This document shows positions 8,912 to 18,646 of a stretch of DNA of 64,000 nucleotides, one piece after another (the first letter of the stretch is position 1; the number at the start of each line of letters is the position of its first letter). The notes below the pieces were generated by a model. That model ran no database searches and had not been told where the DNA came from. It was given only the letters and a program-made list of their open reading frames with translations. The position numbers and the translations under genes are program-made. The stretch spans positions 30,957 to 94,956 of the forward strand of contig CAVUEV010000006.1 of the NCBI GenBank assembly GCA_963740625.1, given 5' to 3'. The DNA comes from an uncultured Actinomycetes bacterium (GTDB taxonomy: Bacteria > Actinomycetota > Thermoleophilia > Solirubrobacterales > 70-9).

Positions 8912-9515
8912 GTGTTCGTGACCGAGAGGCTGATCAACCGCCGCCAACAGGGGGACCTCGGCGAGACCTCCGCGATCGAGTGGCTGACGCGGCTGGGAGC
9001 CACCGTGTTCATTCCGCTTGGCCACAGTCCCGATGTCGATCTCGTCGCCGAGGTGAACGGCCGCCTCCTTCGGGTACAGGTGAAGACGTCGACGCAAGCT
9101 CACCAGGACCCCAGACGGGCATCTCCGATTCCTCGTCACACTGGCGACCAACGGCGGCAACCAGAGCTGGAACCGGGAGACGAAGAAGCTCGATCCCACG
9201 CGCGTCGACTACCTCTTCGCCCTCACTTCGGAGGGACGGCGATGGATGATCCCCTCCTCCGCGCTCGAAGCGCGCAACGCGCTGACCCTGGGGGGCCCGA
9301 AGTACTCGGAGTACGAGGTCGACGCGACTCGGCCGATCCGCCCGCTCGTTTACGCAGTCGAGTCGCCTCTAGACTCCGCGCCGACCGAGGGGGAGTATCC
9401 AAGCGGTCAACGGATGGCGACTGTAAATCGTCCGGCTCAGCCTTCGCAGGTTCGAATCCTGCCTCCCCCATCAGCGACGGCCGGCTGCGAGGCTCAACTC
9501 CGGCTGGCCGGATAA
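8912..9515 (+). pseudogene. PD-(D/E)XK endonuclease-like protein (PDDEXK_5-like), reading frame interrupted
   Basis: QQGDLGETSAIEWLTRLGATVFIPLGHSPDVDLVAEVNGRLLRVQVKTST matches the D..D/E.K core. After about 9105 the homologous continuation (TPDGHLRFLVTLATNGGNQSWN..VDYLFALTSEGRRWMIPSSAL) lies in the next frame. That frame has no stop until 9515 and runs across the tRNA. Confidence 0.55.
9389..9470 (+). tRNA. tRNA-Tyr (anticodon GTA), class II with long variable arm
   Basis: Hand-folded. Acceptor GGGGGAG/CTCCCCC, 3-bp D stem, anticodon loop CTGTAAA, T arm GCAGG-TTCGAAT-CCTGC, discriminator A. No encoded CCA. Confidence 0.9.
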
Positions 9516-9713
9516 CCAAACCGAGTCTCAGGCCCAACGGCGCTGCTCCCTACGGGCAGCGCCGCCGGCCCAAGAAGCGGGGCCGCCCATCACGCCGCAA
9601 AGGGCGCGCTGGTGGGCTGGGCCCCTGCCGACCCCGCGCAAACCAACTACCCGCACCGTTCGATCGACTAAACAGCCGTCGTCCGATCGCGTGAGGGTTT
9701 CCAGGTACGCCAG

Positions 9714-9729
9714 CCGGCGCGCGCGCCGG
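9714..9729 (-). terminator. candidate terminator hairpin after rpoD
   Basis: Perfect 16-nt palindrome CCGGCGCGCGCGCCGG 7 nt downstream of the rpoD stop. No U-tract, so weak. Confidence 0.25.
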
Positions 9730-9736
9730 TGGGCGC

Positions 9737-10912
9737 CTAGACGCGCTCGCGCAGACGCTGCGCCTCGGGGAGCTGCTTCAGCTTCTTCAGCGTGGTCGTC
9801 TCGATCTGGCGCACCCGCTCGCGCGTCACCCCGAACGCCCGGCCGACCTCCTCGAGCGTCAGCGGCTCGTGCCCGCGCAGCCCGTAGCGCAGCTCGATCA
9901 CCTGGCGCTCGCGCTCCGGAAGCGCGTCGAGCACCCGCTGCACGTCCTCGCGCTGCAGGTTCTCGCTCGCCGCGTCGTACGGCTCCTCCACCGACTCGTC
10001 CGCGACGAAGTCCCCAAGCTCCGACTCGTCCTCGTCCCCGACCGGCTTCTCCAGCGACACGGGCATCTGCGCCACGCGCAGCACGTCCCGGACCTCGCGC
10101 ACGGTGCACTCCAGCTCCGCGGCGATCTCCCTCGGCTCCGGCTCGCGCCCCAGCCGCTGGACGAGCTGGCGCTCCACGTGCGTCACCCGGTTCAGCTTCT
10201 CGACCATGTGCACCGGGATGCGGATCGTCCGCGCCTTGTCGGCGATCGCCCGGGTCACCGCCTGGCGGATCCACCACGTCGCGTAGGTGGAGAACTTGAA
10301 GCCGCGGCGGTAGTCGAACTTCTCCACGGCCCGGATCAGCCCCAGCGAGCCCTCCTGGATCAGATCGAGGAACGTCAGCCCGCGCCCCAGATACCCCTTC
10401 GCGATCGAGACGACGAGCCGCAGGTTCGCCTCGACCATGTGGCGCTTCGCGTTGATGTCGCCGCGCTCGATCCGCTTGGCGAGCTCGACCTCCTGATCGG
10501 CCGTCAGCAGGTCGACCCGCCCGATCGACCGCAGATAGAGGCGCAGCGAGTCCAAACTCGGCTCCACGGTCAGGTCGAGCTCGGGCTTCTTCTTCTCGTC
10601 CTCTCCGTCCCCCTTCGCCTCCTTGTACGCCGTCAGCCCGTCTTCGGCGATCACGTCGACCCCGTGCTCGATCAGGTAAGCGTGGAGGTGCTGCACCTGC
10701 TCCTTGGAGACCTCGACCTCCTCGAGCGTCGCGGCGATCTGCTCGAAGGTCAGGTAACCGCGCTCGTGGCCCTGGGCCATCAGCTCGCGGAGCTCCTCGA
10801 ACTCGAAGAGCGGCGCCGTTTGGTCGTCCGTCGCGGGCGCTTCCGCACCCTGACGGTCTGCGGACTCCCCCGCCTCGATCAGCATTCCGTGCCCATCTTC
10901 AGCCACTGCCAC
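9737..10912 (-). CDS. rpoD: primary RNA polymerase sigma factor (sigma-70 / SigA type)
   Basis: Regions 1.2-4 recognisable: [59 protein letters not shown], and C-terminal [21 protein letters not shown]. Confidence 0.95.
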   Translation of the reverse strand: MAVAEDGHGMLIEAGESADRQGAEAPATDDQTAPLFEFEELRELMAQGHERGYLTFEQIAATLEEVEVSKEQVQHLHAYLIEHGVDVIAEDGLTAYKEAKGDGEDEKKKPELDLTVEPSLDSLRLYLRSIGRVDLLTADQEVELAKRIERGDINAKRHMVEANLRLVVSIAKGYLGRGLTFLDLIQEGSLGLIRAVEKFDYRRGFKFSTYATWWIRQAVTRAIADKARTIRIPVHMVEKLNRVTHVERQLVQRLGREPEPREIAAELECTVREVRDVLRVAQMPVSLEKPVGDEDESELGDFVADESVEEPYDAASENLQREDVQRVLDALPERERQVIELRYGLRGHEPLTLEEVGRAFGVTRERVRQIETTTLKKLKQLPEAQRLRERV

Positions 10913-11027
10913 CGTTCCTTCATGACGGTCCCCTCGAAAGCGCGCGGATTATATGGCTTTGTAGCCCCTGCAACGTGCGGGAAACCCGCAGTCCTCTAGC
11001 CTCTGCGTCGAGCCCTGAAGGAACGCC

Positions 11028-12035
11028 ATGCTCGAGACCAGCCAGATCGTCGCCCCCGCCACTCCCGACGTCCAATCCGGGCGCCCCGCCACGCAGGTCA
11101 GCCTGACGCGCGTCGGCATCCGGGGCGTCGAGAAGGTGATCTCCGTCGCCGACGGCCACGGCCTCTACTTCGCCGAGCTCGAGTGCTTCGTCGACCTCGA
11201 CCTCGCCCAGGCGGGCGTCCACATGTCCCGCTTCGAGGAGGTCGTGAACGAGGCGATCGACTCCGTCGTTCTCGGCGAGACGCTCCGCGCCGAGCTGCTC
11301 GCCGGCCACATCGCCGAGCAGGTCCGCAAGGCGCAGGGCGGGCTTCGCGCCGAGGTCCACATCGCCGCCCGCTACCCGGAGACCGTCCCGGCGCCCGCCT
11401 CGGGCGTGCCGACCCAGGAGATCTACACGCTGCACGGCACCGCCGTCGCCTCCGAGCGCGGCACCCGCACCCTCACCGGGGTCGAGGCCCAGGGCATGAC
11501 CGCCTGCCCGTGCGCGCAGGAGCTCGTCGCCGGGCGCTCGCGCGAGCGGCTCGCCGCCGACGGCTTCTCGGAGGAGGAGATCGAACGCATCTTCGCCGCG
11601 GTGCCCGTCGCCACGCACAACCAGCGCGGCATCGGCTCGCTTCACCTCGGTCGCCCCGAGGGGCTCGACCTCGAGATCGACGCCCGCGACCTCCTGCACA
11701 TCGTCGAGCAGTCGATGAGCTCGGAGATCTACGAGCTGATGAAGCGCTCCGACGAGGTCACCGTCGTCGAGAAGGCGCACCTCCAGCCGCGCTTCGTCGA
11801 GGACTGCGTGCGGGAGATGGTTCGCCGCGTCGTCGCTGCCTATCCACAGCTTCGCGAGCGGGGCTTCCTCCACGCCCGCCAGGAGAACCTCGAGACCATC
11901 CACCGCCACTCCGTCGTCGCCGAGCGCTCCGGCCTCCTCGCCGAGATCAGCACCGAGCTGGAATCCGGAACCGGCTCCGTGGCGCACCACACGACCGTGC
12001 GCGAGTGGCTCGAGGCGCCCTGCGCCGACGGCTGA
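11028..12035 (+). CDS. folE2: GTP cyclohydrolase I type 2 (FolE2/MptA family)
   Basis: N-terminal DVQ..., VGIRGVEK, the GMTACPCAQE Cys motif, and VATHNQRG, as recalled for the FolE2 family. Confidence 0.8.
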   Translation: MLETSQIVAPATPDVQSGRPATQVSLTRVGIRGVEKVISVADGHGLYFAELECFVDLDLAQAGVHMSRFEEVVNEAIDSVVLGETLRAELLAGHIAEQVRKAQGGLRAEVHIAARYPETVPAPASGVPTQEIYTLHGTAVASERGTRTLTGVEAQGMTACPCAQELVAGRSRERLAADGFSEEEIERIFAAVPVATHNQRGIGSLHLGRPEGLDLEIDARDLLHIVEQSMSSEIYELMKRSDEVTVVEKAHLQPRFVEDCVREMVRRVVAAYPQLRERGFLHARQENLETIHRHSVVAERSGLLAEISTELESGTGSVAHHTTVREWLEAPCADG

Positions 12036-12041
12036 CCGCGC

Positions 12042-12617
12042 TCAGGATTCCGAGTTCGCCCGCAGGCTGACGCCCCGCAGCGACTCGGCCTCCGCGATCC
12101 GCCGTCGCAGCCCGAAGAAGTAGTCCGCCCCCGAGACGACGGTCGCAAGCACGGCGGCGTAGAGCGTGAGATCGACCCAGAGCGGCGTCGGCTTCACCGC
12201 GATCAGCCCGAAGACGGCAACGACCTGAAGCGCGGTCTTCAGCTTCCCCAGCCAGCTTGCCGCGATCACGACGCCGCGCTCCGCTGCGACCGACCGCAGC
12301 CCGGTGACCGCGAACTCGCGGGCGATGATCACCATCGCCACCCACGGCTGGATCCTGTTGAGCGACACCAGTGAGACGAGCGCGGCGGTGATCAGAAGCT
12401 TGTCGGCGAGCGGGTCCATGAGCTTGCCGAACGTGGTGATCGCGCCGCGGCGGCGGGCGATGTAGCCGTCGAGCCCGTCGGTCAGCGCGGCCAGCGCGAA
12501 CACCGCGGCGGCGATCACGTCTCCCGACGGCGTCTCCTCGAGCAGCGCGACAACGACGACCGGAACCGCGACGATCCGCAGCAGCGTGAGCACGTTGGGA
12601 ACGTTCAACGGGAACAT
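12042..12617 (-). CDS. pgsA: CDP-diacylglycerol--glycerol-3-phosphate 3-phosphatidyltransferase
   Basis: CDP-alcohol phosphatidyltransferase motif DGLDGYIARRRGAITTFGKLMDPLADK. Multi-TM, 191 aa. Confidence 0.9.
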   Translation of the reverse strand: MFPLNVPNVLTLLRIVAVPVVVVALLEETPSGDVIAAAVFALAALTDGLDGYIARRRGAITTFGKLMDPLADKLLITAALVSLVSLNRIQPWVAMVIIAREFAVTGLRSVAAERGVVIAASWLGKLKTALQVVAVFGLIAVKPTPLWVDLTLYAAVLATVVSGADYFFGLRRRIAEAESLRGVSLRANSES

Positions 12618-12644
12618 GGCGCGCTCGTTAGGTTAGAACGCGAG

Positions 12645-13979
12645 ATGGCGGTCGACTACGTCTACCGGGTGTCGGTCCCCCACCTGCCGGGGCAGCTCAC
12701 GAGGGTCTGCGGCGAGATCGCCACCGGCCACGGGCTGATCGGCGACATCGTGACCATCAGCCTCGGACGCGAGCGCTCGCTCCGCGAGATCTCGATCGAG
12801 GTCTCCGACCACGGCCAGGCCAAGCGCATCGCCGGGATGCTCGCCGCGCTCGACGGCGTCGACGTCCTCTCCTTCTACGACCGCGCCCTGCGCGCGCACG
12901 AGGGCGGCAAGCTGACCGTCGAACTCGTCCGCCGCATGGATTCCTGGCAGGACATGCGCGACGCCTACACGCCCGGCGTCGCTCGCATCTGCACGATGCT
13001 CGCCGAGCAGCCCGAGCTCGCCGGCCGGTTCACGATGATCGGCCGAACCGTCGCCATCGCGACCAACGGCACCCGGGTCCTCGGGCTCGGGAACATCGGG
13101 CCCGTCGCCTCGATGCCGGTGATGGAGGGCAAGGCCATGTTCTACAAGCAGATGGCCGGCATCTCGGCGATCCCGATCCTGATCGACACCGAGGACCCGG
13201 ACGAGTTCGTCGACACCGTCGTTCGCATCGCCCCGGGCTTCGGCGCGATCCACCTCGAGGACATCAAGGTCCCCGACTGCTTCGAGATCGAGGCGCGGCT
13301 GATCGCGGCCCTCGACGTCCCCGTGATGCACGACGACGTCCACGGGACCGCGGTCGCCACCCTCGCGGCGGCCTTCGTCGCCTGCGAGCAGGCCGGGCTC
13401 GAGCTCGAAGCCTCCGTCGTCGGACAGGTCGGCCTGGGCGCAGCCGGGCTCGGGATCGCGACGCTGATGGTCGAGGCGGGCGCCAGCGCGGTCGTCGCCT
13501 CGGACCCCAACGAGGGCTCGCACGCCCGGGCCCGGGAGCGCGGCATCGAGGTGACCTCATTCGACGACGTCATGGCGAGGGCGGACCTCGTCGTCGCGAC
13601 GACCGGGGTCCCCGGGCTGATCAAGCCGGAGCAGATACACGAGGGCCAGGTCATCTTCGCCCTCACCAACCCGGATCCGGAAATCGGCCCGCGCGAGGCG
13701 CTCGCCGCCGGCGCCGGGTTCGCCGCCGACGGCTCGATGGTCAACAACGTGCTCGGCTTTCCGGGGATCTTCCGCGGAGCGCTCTCGACCGGCGCTTGCG
13801 ACATCACCACATCGATGAAGCTGGCCGCCGCTCGCGCGATCGCCAGCCTCACCAAGCGCTCCGAGCTCGTCCCCGACGCGCTCGATCCCGACGTCCACGC
13901 CGAGGTGGCGCGCGCCGTGGCCGCGGCCGCAGTCGCCGAGGGCCAGGCGCGCCCCGAGCGCGTCCCCGCGGGTCTTTAG
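12645..13979 (+). CDS. NAD(P)-dependent malic enzyme (short MaeB type, no PTA domain)
   Basis: YTPGVARIC, GTRVLGLGNIGP.ASMPVMEGKAMFYK, and the NAD-binding block VVGQVGLGAAGLGI. Confidence 0.9.
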   Translation: MAVDYVYRVSVPHLPGQLTRVCGEIATGHGLIGDIVTISLGRERSLREISIEVSDHGQAKRIAGMLAALDGVDVLSFYDRALRAHEGGKLTVELVRRMDSWQDMRDAYTPGVARICTMLAEQPELAGRFTMIGRTVAIATNGTRVLGLGNIGPVASMPVMEGKAMFYKQMAGISAIPILIDTEDPDEFVDTVVRIAPGFGAIHLEDIKVPDCFEIEARLIAALDVPVMHDDVHGTAVATLAAAFVACEQAGLELEASVVGQVGLGAAGLGIATLMVEAGASAVVASDPNEGSHARARERGIEVTSFDDVMARADLVVATTGVPGLIKPEQIHEGQVIFALTNPDPEIGPREALAAGAGFAADGSMVNNVLGFPGIFRGALSTGACDITTSMKLAAARAIASLTKRSELVPDALDPDVHAEVARAVAAAAVAEGQARPERVPAGL

Positions 13980-14599
13980 CCGCCTGCCACCGCCGCGGCG
14001 ACGGCGACTCCGAGCCCATCCATCACGGCCGCCGGCGACGGCGTCTCGGCCGGGTCGAGCAGCCACTGGAGCATCATCCCGTCGCAGATCGCCATCCCGA
14101 CCGCGGCCAGCGCCTGCGCCTGGACGTCCGTCACCTCGATCCCCGCGCCCTCCACGGCCCTACGGACCATCGCGGCGCTCGCTGCCCGGGACTCCGTGTA
14201 GGCCGTGGCGAAGCGCTCGCGCAGGCTCTCGGTGCGGATGGCCTGAGGCAGCGCCTCCACGAACGAGACGAGGAACGGCCGCAGCTCCTCGAAGCGCCCG
14301 ATCATCGCTTCGAGCGAGGCCTGAAAACGCTCCGCAGCGCTGGCGCCCTCGGCGGCGAACATCGCCGACTCGACCGCAGCGGTCCAGTCAGCAAAGCCCT
14401 GGGCAATCGCCTCGTCGAGCAGGGCCTCCTTGCTGCCGAAGTGGTAGCCGATCGAGGCCAGGTTCGTGTCCGACGCGGCGACGAGATCGCGGGCCGTGGT
14501 GCGCGCGTAGCCCTTCTCCCGCAGGCACACCATCGCCCCGTCGAGCAGGCGCTCGCGATGCGAGCCTCGCGAACGGGGCGGCGCGACAGCAGGATTCAT
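13976..14599 (-). CDS. TetR family transcriptional regulator
   Basis: N-terminal HTH RERLLDGAMVCLREKGYARTTARDLVAASDTNLASIGYHFGSKEALL. Divergent from the P450 gene. Confidence 0.9.
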   Translation of the reverse strand: MNPAVAPPRSRGSHRERLLDGAMVCLREKGYARTTARDLVAASDTNLASIGYHFGSKEALLDEAIAQGFADWTAAVESAMFAAEGASAAERFQASLEAMIGRFEELRPFLVSFVEALPQAIRTESLRERFATAYTESRAASAAMVRRAVEGAGIEVTDVQAQALAAVGMAICDGMMLQWLLDPAETPSPAAVMDGLGVAVAAAVAGG

Positions 14600-14609
14600 A
14601 CATTTGTAT

Positions 14610-14623
14610 TATACGCGCGTATA
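14610..14623. promoter_or_regulatory. candidate TetR operator (perfect 14-bp palindrome TATACGCGCGTATA)
   Basis: AT-rich palindrome in the 55-bp gap between the divergent TetR and P450 genes. Confidence 0.4.
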
Positions 14624-14654
14624 GGACGGATCACGACACGAGGAGGTCCTTGAC

Positions 14655-16049
14655 GTGAGCAAGACGACGACACCCCCGGGCTGGCGCGCCCCCGCCCTCG
14701 TCCAGACGACGCAGCTCGTCGCCGACCCCGTCGCCTTCATGAAGCGCTCGCGCGAGCGCTTCGGCCCGGTCTTCCGCGCCAAGCTCCTCGGCTACCCGCG
14801 CTTCGTCTACGTGGCGGAGCCCGCCCTGGCGCGCCAGGTCTTCGCGACGGACCGCGACGTGGGCCGGGCGGGCGAGGTGCGGCGCGAGTTCCTCGAGCCG
14901 CTCGTCGGCAAGAACTCGTTGCTCTGCCTGGAGGACGAGGCCTGGACCCGGGAGCGAAAGCTCGTCGGCCCGCCGTTCCACGGCGCCGCCGTCGAGCGCT
15001 ATGCCGACGAGATCAAGCGCATCGCCCGGCAGGAGGTGGCGAGCTGGCCGGCCGAGGCGGAGCTCGCGCTGCGGCCGCGGATGCAGGCGATCACGCTCGA
15101 GGTGATCCTCCAGCTCGTCCTCGGCGTCCGCGACTCGGAGCGGCGCGCGCGACTTCGCAACCTGCTGCCGAAGCTGATCGACGTCGGCGGCTCGATCTTC
15201 GTCTTCGGCCTGCTTCCGGGCACCCCGGAGCAGCACCTCAACTCCCGCATCCTCAACCACTTCCCCGGCAGCCCCCTGCCCCGCTTCTGGAAGCTCCGCG
15301 AGGAGGCGGACGCGCTCATCTACGAGGAGGTCGCTGAGCGCCGTCGCACCGGTGAGAGCGGCGAGGACGTGCTCTCGATGCTGCTCGCCGCCACGGACGA
15401 AGACGGCACCCCGATGACCGACGCTGAGCTTCGCGACGAGCTCATCACGCTCCTCGAGGCCGGCCATGAGACCACCGCGACCGCGCTTGCCTGGACCTTC
15501 GAGCGGCTCGTGCGAAGCCCGGAGGCGTTGGAGCGCCTGGTGGACGAAGTCGATTCCGAGGGCGGCGACGATTATCTCGGCGCGGTCGTCAAGGAGGCGC
15601 TTCGGGTTCGTCCGGTGGTGATCGACGCCCCCCGCCTGCTGCGGGGAACCCTGCGGCTCGGCGACTACGAGCTCGACGCGGGCTGGTACGTCTCGCCCGC
15701 AATCCCGCTCGTCAATACGGATCCCGCTGTTTACGACGAGCCGCTGCGCTTCAAGCCGGAGCGGTTCCTGGGCGAGAAGGTCCAGCCCGACGCCTGGATC
15801 CCGTTCGGGGGCGGCCGAAGGCGCTGCCTCGGTTCGCACCTCGCGATGCTCGAGCTGCGCTCCGTCGTCGCCGAGGTCATTCGCAACTTCGAGCTGCGGG
15901 CCGTCGACGAGCGCGACGAGCGCGCTCGCCTGCGCCACGTGACCCTGGTCCCCGCACGCGGTGGCCTGGTGGGGGCGCGCCGCAGGACGCGCGATGCTCA
16001 GCCGGCCAGCGCCGTCGCGCGCTCGAGGACCGCGGCGGTCATCGGCTGA
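14655..16049 (+). CDS. cytochrome P450
   Basis: Heme-binding loop [15 protein letters not shown]-helix [10 protein letters not shown], ExxR (EALR). Confidence 0.9.
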   Translation: MSKTTTPPGWRAPALVQTTQLVADPVAFMKRSRERFGPVFRAKLLGYPRFVYVAEPALARQVFATDRDVGRAGEVRREFLEPLVGKNSLLCLEDEAWTRERKLVGPPFHGAAVERYADEIKRIARQEVASWPAEAELALRPRMQAITLEVILQLVLGVRDSERRARLRNLLPKLIDVGGSIFVFGLLPGTPEQHLNSRILNHFPGSPLPRFWKLREEADALIYEEVAERRRTGESGEDVLSMLLAATDEDGTPMTDAELRDELITLLEAGHETTATALAWTFERLVRSPEALERLVDEVDSEGGDDYLGAVVKEALRVRPVVIDAPRLLRGTLRLGDYELDAGWYVSPAIPLVNTDPAVYDEPLRFKPERFLGEKVQPDAWIPFGGGRRRCLGSHLAMLELRSVVAEVIRNFELRAVDERDERARLRHVTLVPARGGLVGARRRTRDAQPASAVARSRTAAVIG

Positions 16050-16678
16050 GTGAGCTTGCCGGTGAAGGTGTTCTGCTGGCTCGGGTGAAAGCAGCCGAGC
16101 ATTCCGAAGCGGCCGACCTCCGCCTCGGCGGCGTGCCCGAACCGGGGCCGGGGGCGCGGGATCTCCTCGCCGAGCTCGGCGAGCGCCCGTAGCGCCCCGT
16201 CCCAGGCGTAGGCCCCGAGGGCGAGCAGGACCCGCGCGTTCGGCAGCAGCTCGAGCTCGCGCGCCAGGTAGGGCAGGCAGTTGTCGCGCTCTCCGGGCGT
16301 CGGCTTGTTGGCGGGCGGCGCGCAGCGGTTCACGGCGGTGATCCACACGTCGCGAAGCCGCAGGCCGTCGTCGGCAGCGCTCGAGGTCGGCTGGCTTGCG
16401 AGCCCGGCGCGGTGTAGGGCCGCGTAGAGCCAGTCGCCCGAGCGGTCGCCGGTGAACATCCGGCCCGTCCGGTTGGCGCCGTGGGCCGCCGGCGCCAGCC
16501 CGACGAGGACGATGCGGGCATTGGGGTCGCCGAACGCCGGAACCGGCCGCGCCCAGTAGCGCTGCCCTGCGTAGCGACGAGGCGGATCCGCGGCGGCCTG
16601 CTCGCGCCAGGCGACCAGGCGCGGGCAGCGCCGGCAGCTCGTGATCTCGCGCTCCAGCGCTTCGAGGCGCCTCGTCAT
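15998..16678 (-). CDS. uracil-DNA glycosylase superfamily protein (family 4/5 type, Fe-S)
   Basis: [39 protein letters not shown] at 16678 preferred over the listed 16711. 3' end overlaps the P450 3' end convergently. Confidence 0.8.
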   Translation of the reverse strand: MTRRLEALEREITSCRRCPRLVAWREQAAADPPRRYAGQRYWARPVPAFGDPNARIVLVGLAPAAHGANRTGRMFTGDRSGDWLYAALHRAGLASQPTSSAADDGLRLRDVWITAVNRCAPPANKPTPGERDNCLPYLARELELLPNARVLLALGAYAWDGALRALAELGEEIPRPRPRFGHAAEAEVGRFGMLGCFHPSQQNTFTGKLTQPMTAAVLERATALAG

Positions 16679-16764
16679 CGCCGATCCAGTATCCCCGGGG
16701 CAGCCCAGCACCGGCAGACCCAGCTACGTTCGGGCGGGTCTGTGCGCTCGCATAGAGTGCCCTC

Positions 16765-17253
16765 GTGGAGCCGAAGCCGGCACGCGAGTCGCACTCGATC
16801 CTCGTGCGGTGGATGGGCATCGTGGACGCGAACTCGGCGGGGTTCGTCCACGGCGGGATCGTCATGAAGATGTGCGATGAGGCCGCGGGCATCGCGGCAG
16901 TTCGCCACAGCGGCTCGCGCGTTGTCACCGCCGCGATGGACCGGATGACTTTCATCGACCCCGTCAACATCGGCTGCCTTCTCACCTGCCGGGCGAGCGT
17001 CAACGCGGTCTGGAGGACCTCGATGGAGGTCGGCGTGCGGGTCGAGGCGGAGCACCCGCGCAGCGGCGACGTGAAGCACACCTCGACCGCGTATCTGACG
17101 ATGGTCGCGCTCGACGAGAACGGGCGCCCGGCGCCCGCACCGCCGCTGCTCGCCGAGAGCGAGGACGAGCTGCGCCGCGAGCGCGAGGCGGCGCTGCGGC
17201 GGCGCAACAGGCTGGCCGAGCGCGAGGAATTGCTGGCGCACAGAGACGTGTGA
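16765..17253 (+). CDS. acyl-CoA thioesterase (hotdog fold)
   Basis: MGIVDANSAGFVHGGIVMKMCDEAAGIAA and RVVTAAMDRMTFIDPV are typical of YciA/4HBT-type thioesterases. Confidence 0.75.
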   Translation: MEPKPARESHSILVRWMGIVDANSAGFVHGGIVMKMCDEAAGIAAVRHSGSRVVTAAMDRMTFIDPVNIGCLLTCRASVNAVWRTSMEVGVRVEAEHPRSGDVKHTSTAYLTMVALDENGRPAPAPPLLAESEDELRREREAALRRRNRLAEREELLAHRDV

Positions 17254-17266
17254 GATCTCGCGACTA

Positions 17267-18037
17267 TTGCCGCTAACCTCAGCGGCGCGAGTCCAGGCCG
17301 CACGCCACGTGTCCGCAGCTACGTCACAGCTCCGCAAGCTCGCGATCGTCCCAGCCTTCAACGAGGGCGGGATGGTCGGTCGCGTCGTGCGCGACATCAA
17401 GCGCGAGGCCCCCGACTTCGACGTCGTGGTGATCGACGACGGCTCCACGGACGCAACCGCGAATGAGGCCGAGGCCGAGGGCGCGGTTGTCATCCGGCAC
17501 CCGTTCAACCTCGGGATCGGCGGCGCGGTGCAGTCGGGCTACAAGTACGCGCTCCGCGAGGGCTACGACGTCGCGGTTCAGGTCGACGGCGACGGCCAGC
17601 ACAAGCCGCACTACCTGCCGGAGCTGCTCCAGGCGCTCCACACGCATGGCAAGGCGGACATGGTCTGCGGCAGCCGCTTCCGCGGCAATCCCGGCTACCG
17701 GGTGCCGATCGGCCGCCGCGCGGGCAACCTGATCTTCTCCGTCGTCCTCACGATCATCACGCGCCAGCGGATCACCGATCCCACCTCCGGCTTCCGGATG
17801 ACGAACCGGCGGGGCATCGAGCTCTTCGCCCGCGACTACCCGCACGACTACCCGGAGGTCGAGGCGATCCTGATGCTGAACGCGCATCGCCTGCGCCTCC
17901 ACGAGGTGCCGGTGCGCATGAACGCGCGCGGCTACGGGCGCAGCTCGATCGACTACCCCCGCAGCGCCTACTACATGGCGAAGGTGCTGCTGGCGATATT
18001 CGTCGGGCTCTTCCGGCGCCGCCCGGTCCCGAGGTGA
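17267..18037 (+). CDS. glycosyltransferase family 2 (polyprenol-phosphate sugar transferase-like)
   Basis: AIVPAFNE, VVVIDDGSTDAT, QVDGDGQH (DxD region). Confidence 0.85.
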   Translation: MPLTSAARVQAARHVSAATSQLRKLAIVPAFNEGGMVGRVVRDIKREAPDFDVVVIDDGSTDATANEAEAEGAVVIRHPFNLGIGGAVQSGYKYALREGYDVAVQVDGDGQHKPHYLPELLQALHTHGKADMVCGSRFRGNPGYRVPIGRRAGNLIFSVVLTIITRQRITDPTSGFRMTNRRGIELFARDYPHDYPEVEAILMLNAHRLRLHEVPVRMNARGYGRSSIDYPRSAYYMAKVLLAIFVGLFRRRPVPR

Positions 18038-18041
18038 GCCG

Positions 18042-18506
18042 GTGATTCCCACCGCGGCCGACTCGCTGCACCTCTCGTCCACCACGCGCATCATCGCCGT
18101 GGTCGTGACCGGGCTCGCCTTCGGGCTGGTGCTCGAGCTCGTCCGCAGGCGGCGGCTGGTCGAGCGCTACGCGCTCCTCTGGATGGTTCTGTCCCTGGCC
18201 CTGCTCGTGCTGGCCGTGTGGAACCAGCTCCTGAGCTGGCTCACCCACGACGTCTTCCACTTCAAGACGCCCTCGAACTTCCTCTTCGCCGCGGCCTTCG
18301 GAGTGGTCTTCATCCTGCTGCTCCACTTCTCGGTCGCGATCTCCCGCCTCTCCGAGGAGACGAAGATGCTCGCCCAGGACGTCGCCCGCCTCGACCACGA
18401 GCTGCGCCGCGCCCGCAACGGCACGGCGGCCAACGGCGACGGCACGGCGACGGACGACCCGGTCGCCGACCGCGAGCCCGCCACCGGCGAGTCCCGGCCG
18501 ATCTAG
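18042..18506 (+). CDS. small membrane protein (DUF2304-like)
   Basis: Three TM segments with LELVRRRRLVERYALLWM. 4 nt after the GT2 gene, an arrangement I recall for DUF2304. Family assignment is from memory. Confidence 0.6.
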   Translation: MIPTAADSLHLSSTTRIIAVVVTGLAFGLVLELVRRRRLVERYALLWMVLSLALLVLAVWNQLLSWLTHDVFHFKTPSNFLFAAAFGVVFILLLHFSVAISRLSEETKMLAQDVARLDHELRRARNGTAANGDGTATDDPVADREPATGESRPI

Positions 18507-18519
18507 CCCGCTCTCATCT

Positions 18520-18564
18520 CGAATTCGACATTTGCCCGCCTATTCGCGGCAAACGTCGAATTCG
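18520..18564 (+). promoter_or_regulatory. 45-nt palindromic intergenic element, copy 1
   Basis: CGAATTCGACATTTGC - 13 nt - GCAAACGTCGAATTCG, 15/16 arm complementarity. Ends 82 nt upstream of the ATG at 18647. Confidence 0.6.
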
Positions 18565-18646
18565 CGGTCGTGCCGGCGCATGCATGTATGTTCCTACGAT
18601 CGATTGGGTAGGGCCATCAATCGTCTAGTTCGATCGAAGGATTGGC

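Noticed and set aside
9389-9470. tRNA-Tyr as the attachment site of a genomic island (adjacent nuclease-like gene)
   Set aside because: There is no integrase, no direct repeat of the tRNA 3' end and no compositional break that I can see. The flanking genes are GH5 and rpoD.
14631-17303. Very long antisense or overlapping ORFs (this 890-aa one; also 20..1543, 1738..3057, 7760..9199, 9528..10277, 10920..11990, 30947..32782, 35648..36892, 50773..51612 and many others)
   Set aside because: They are Arg/Ala/Pro/Gly-rich with no recognisable motifs. They lie opposite or out of frame to genes with clear family signatures, which is typical of shadow ORFs in stop-poor, very GC-rich DNA.
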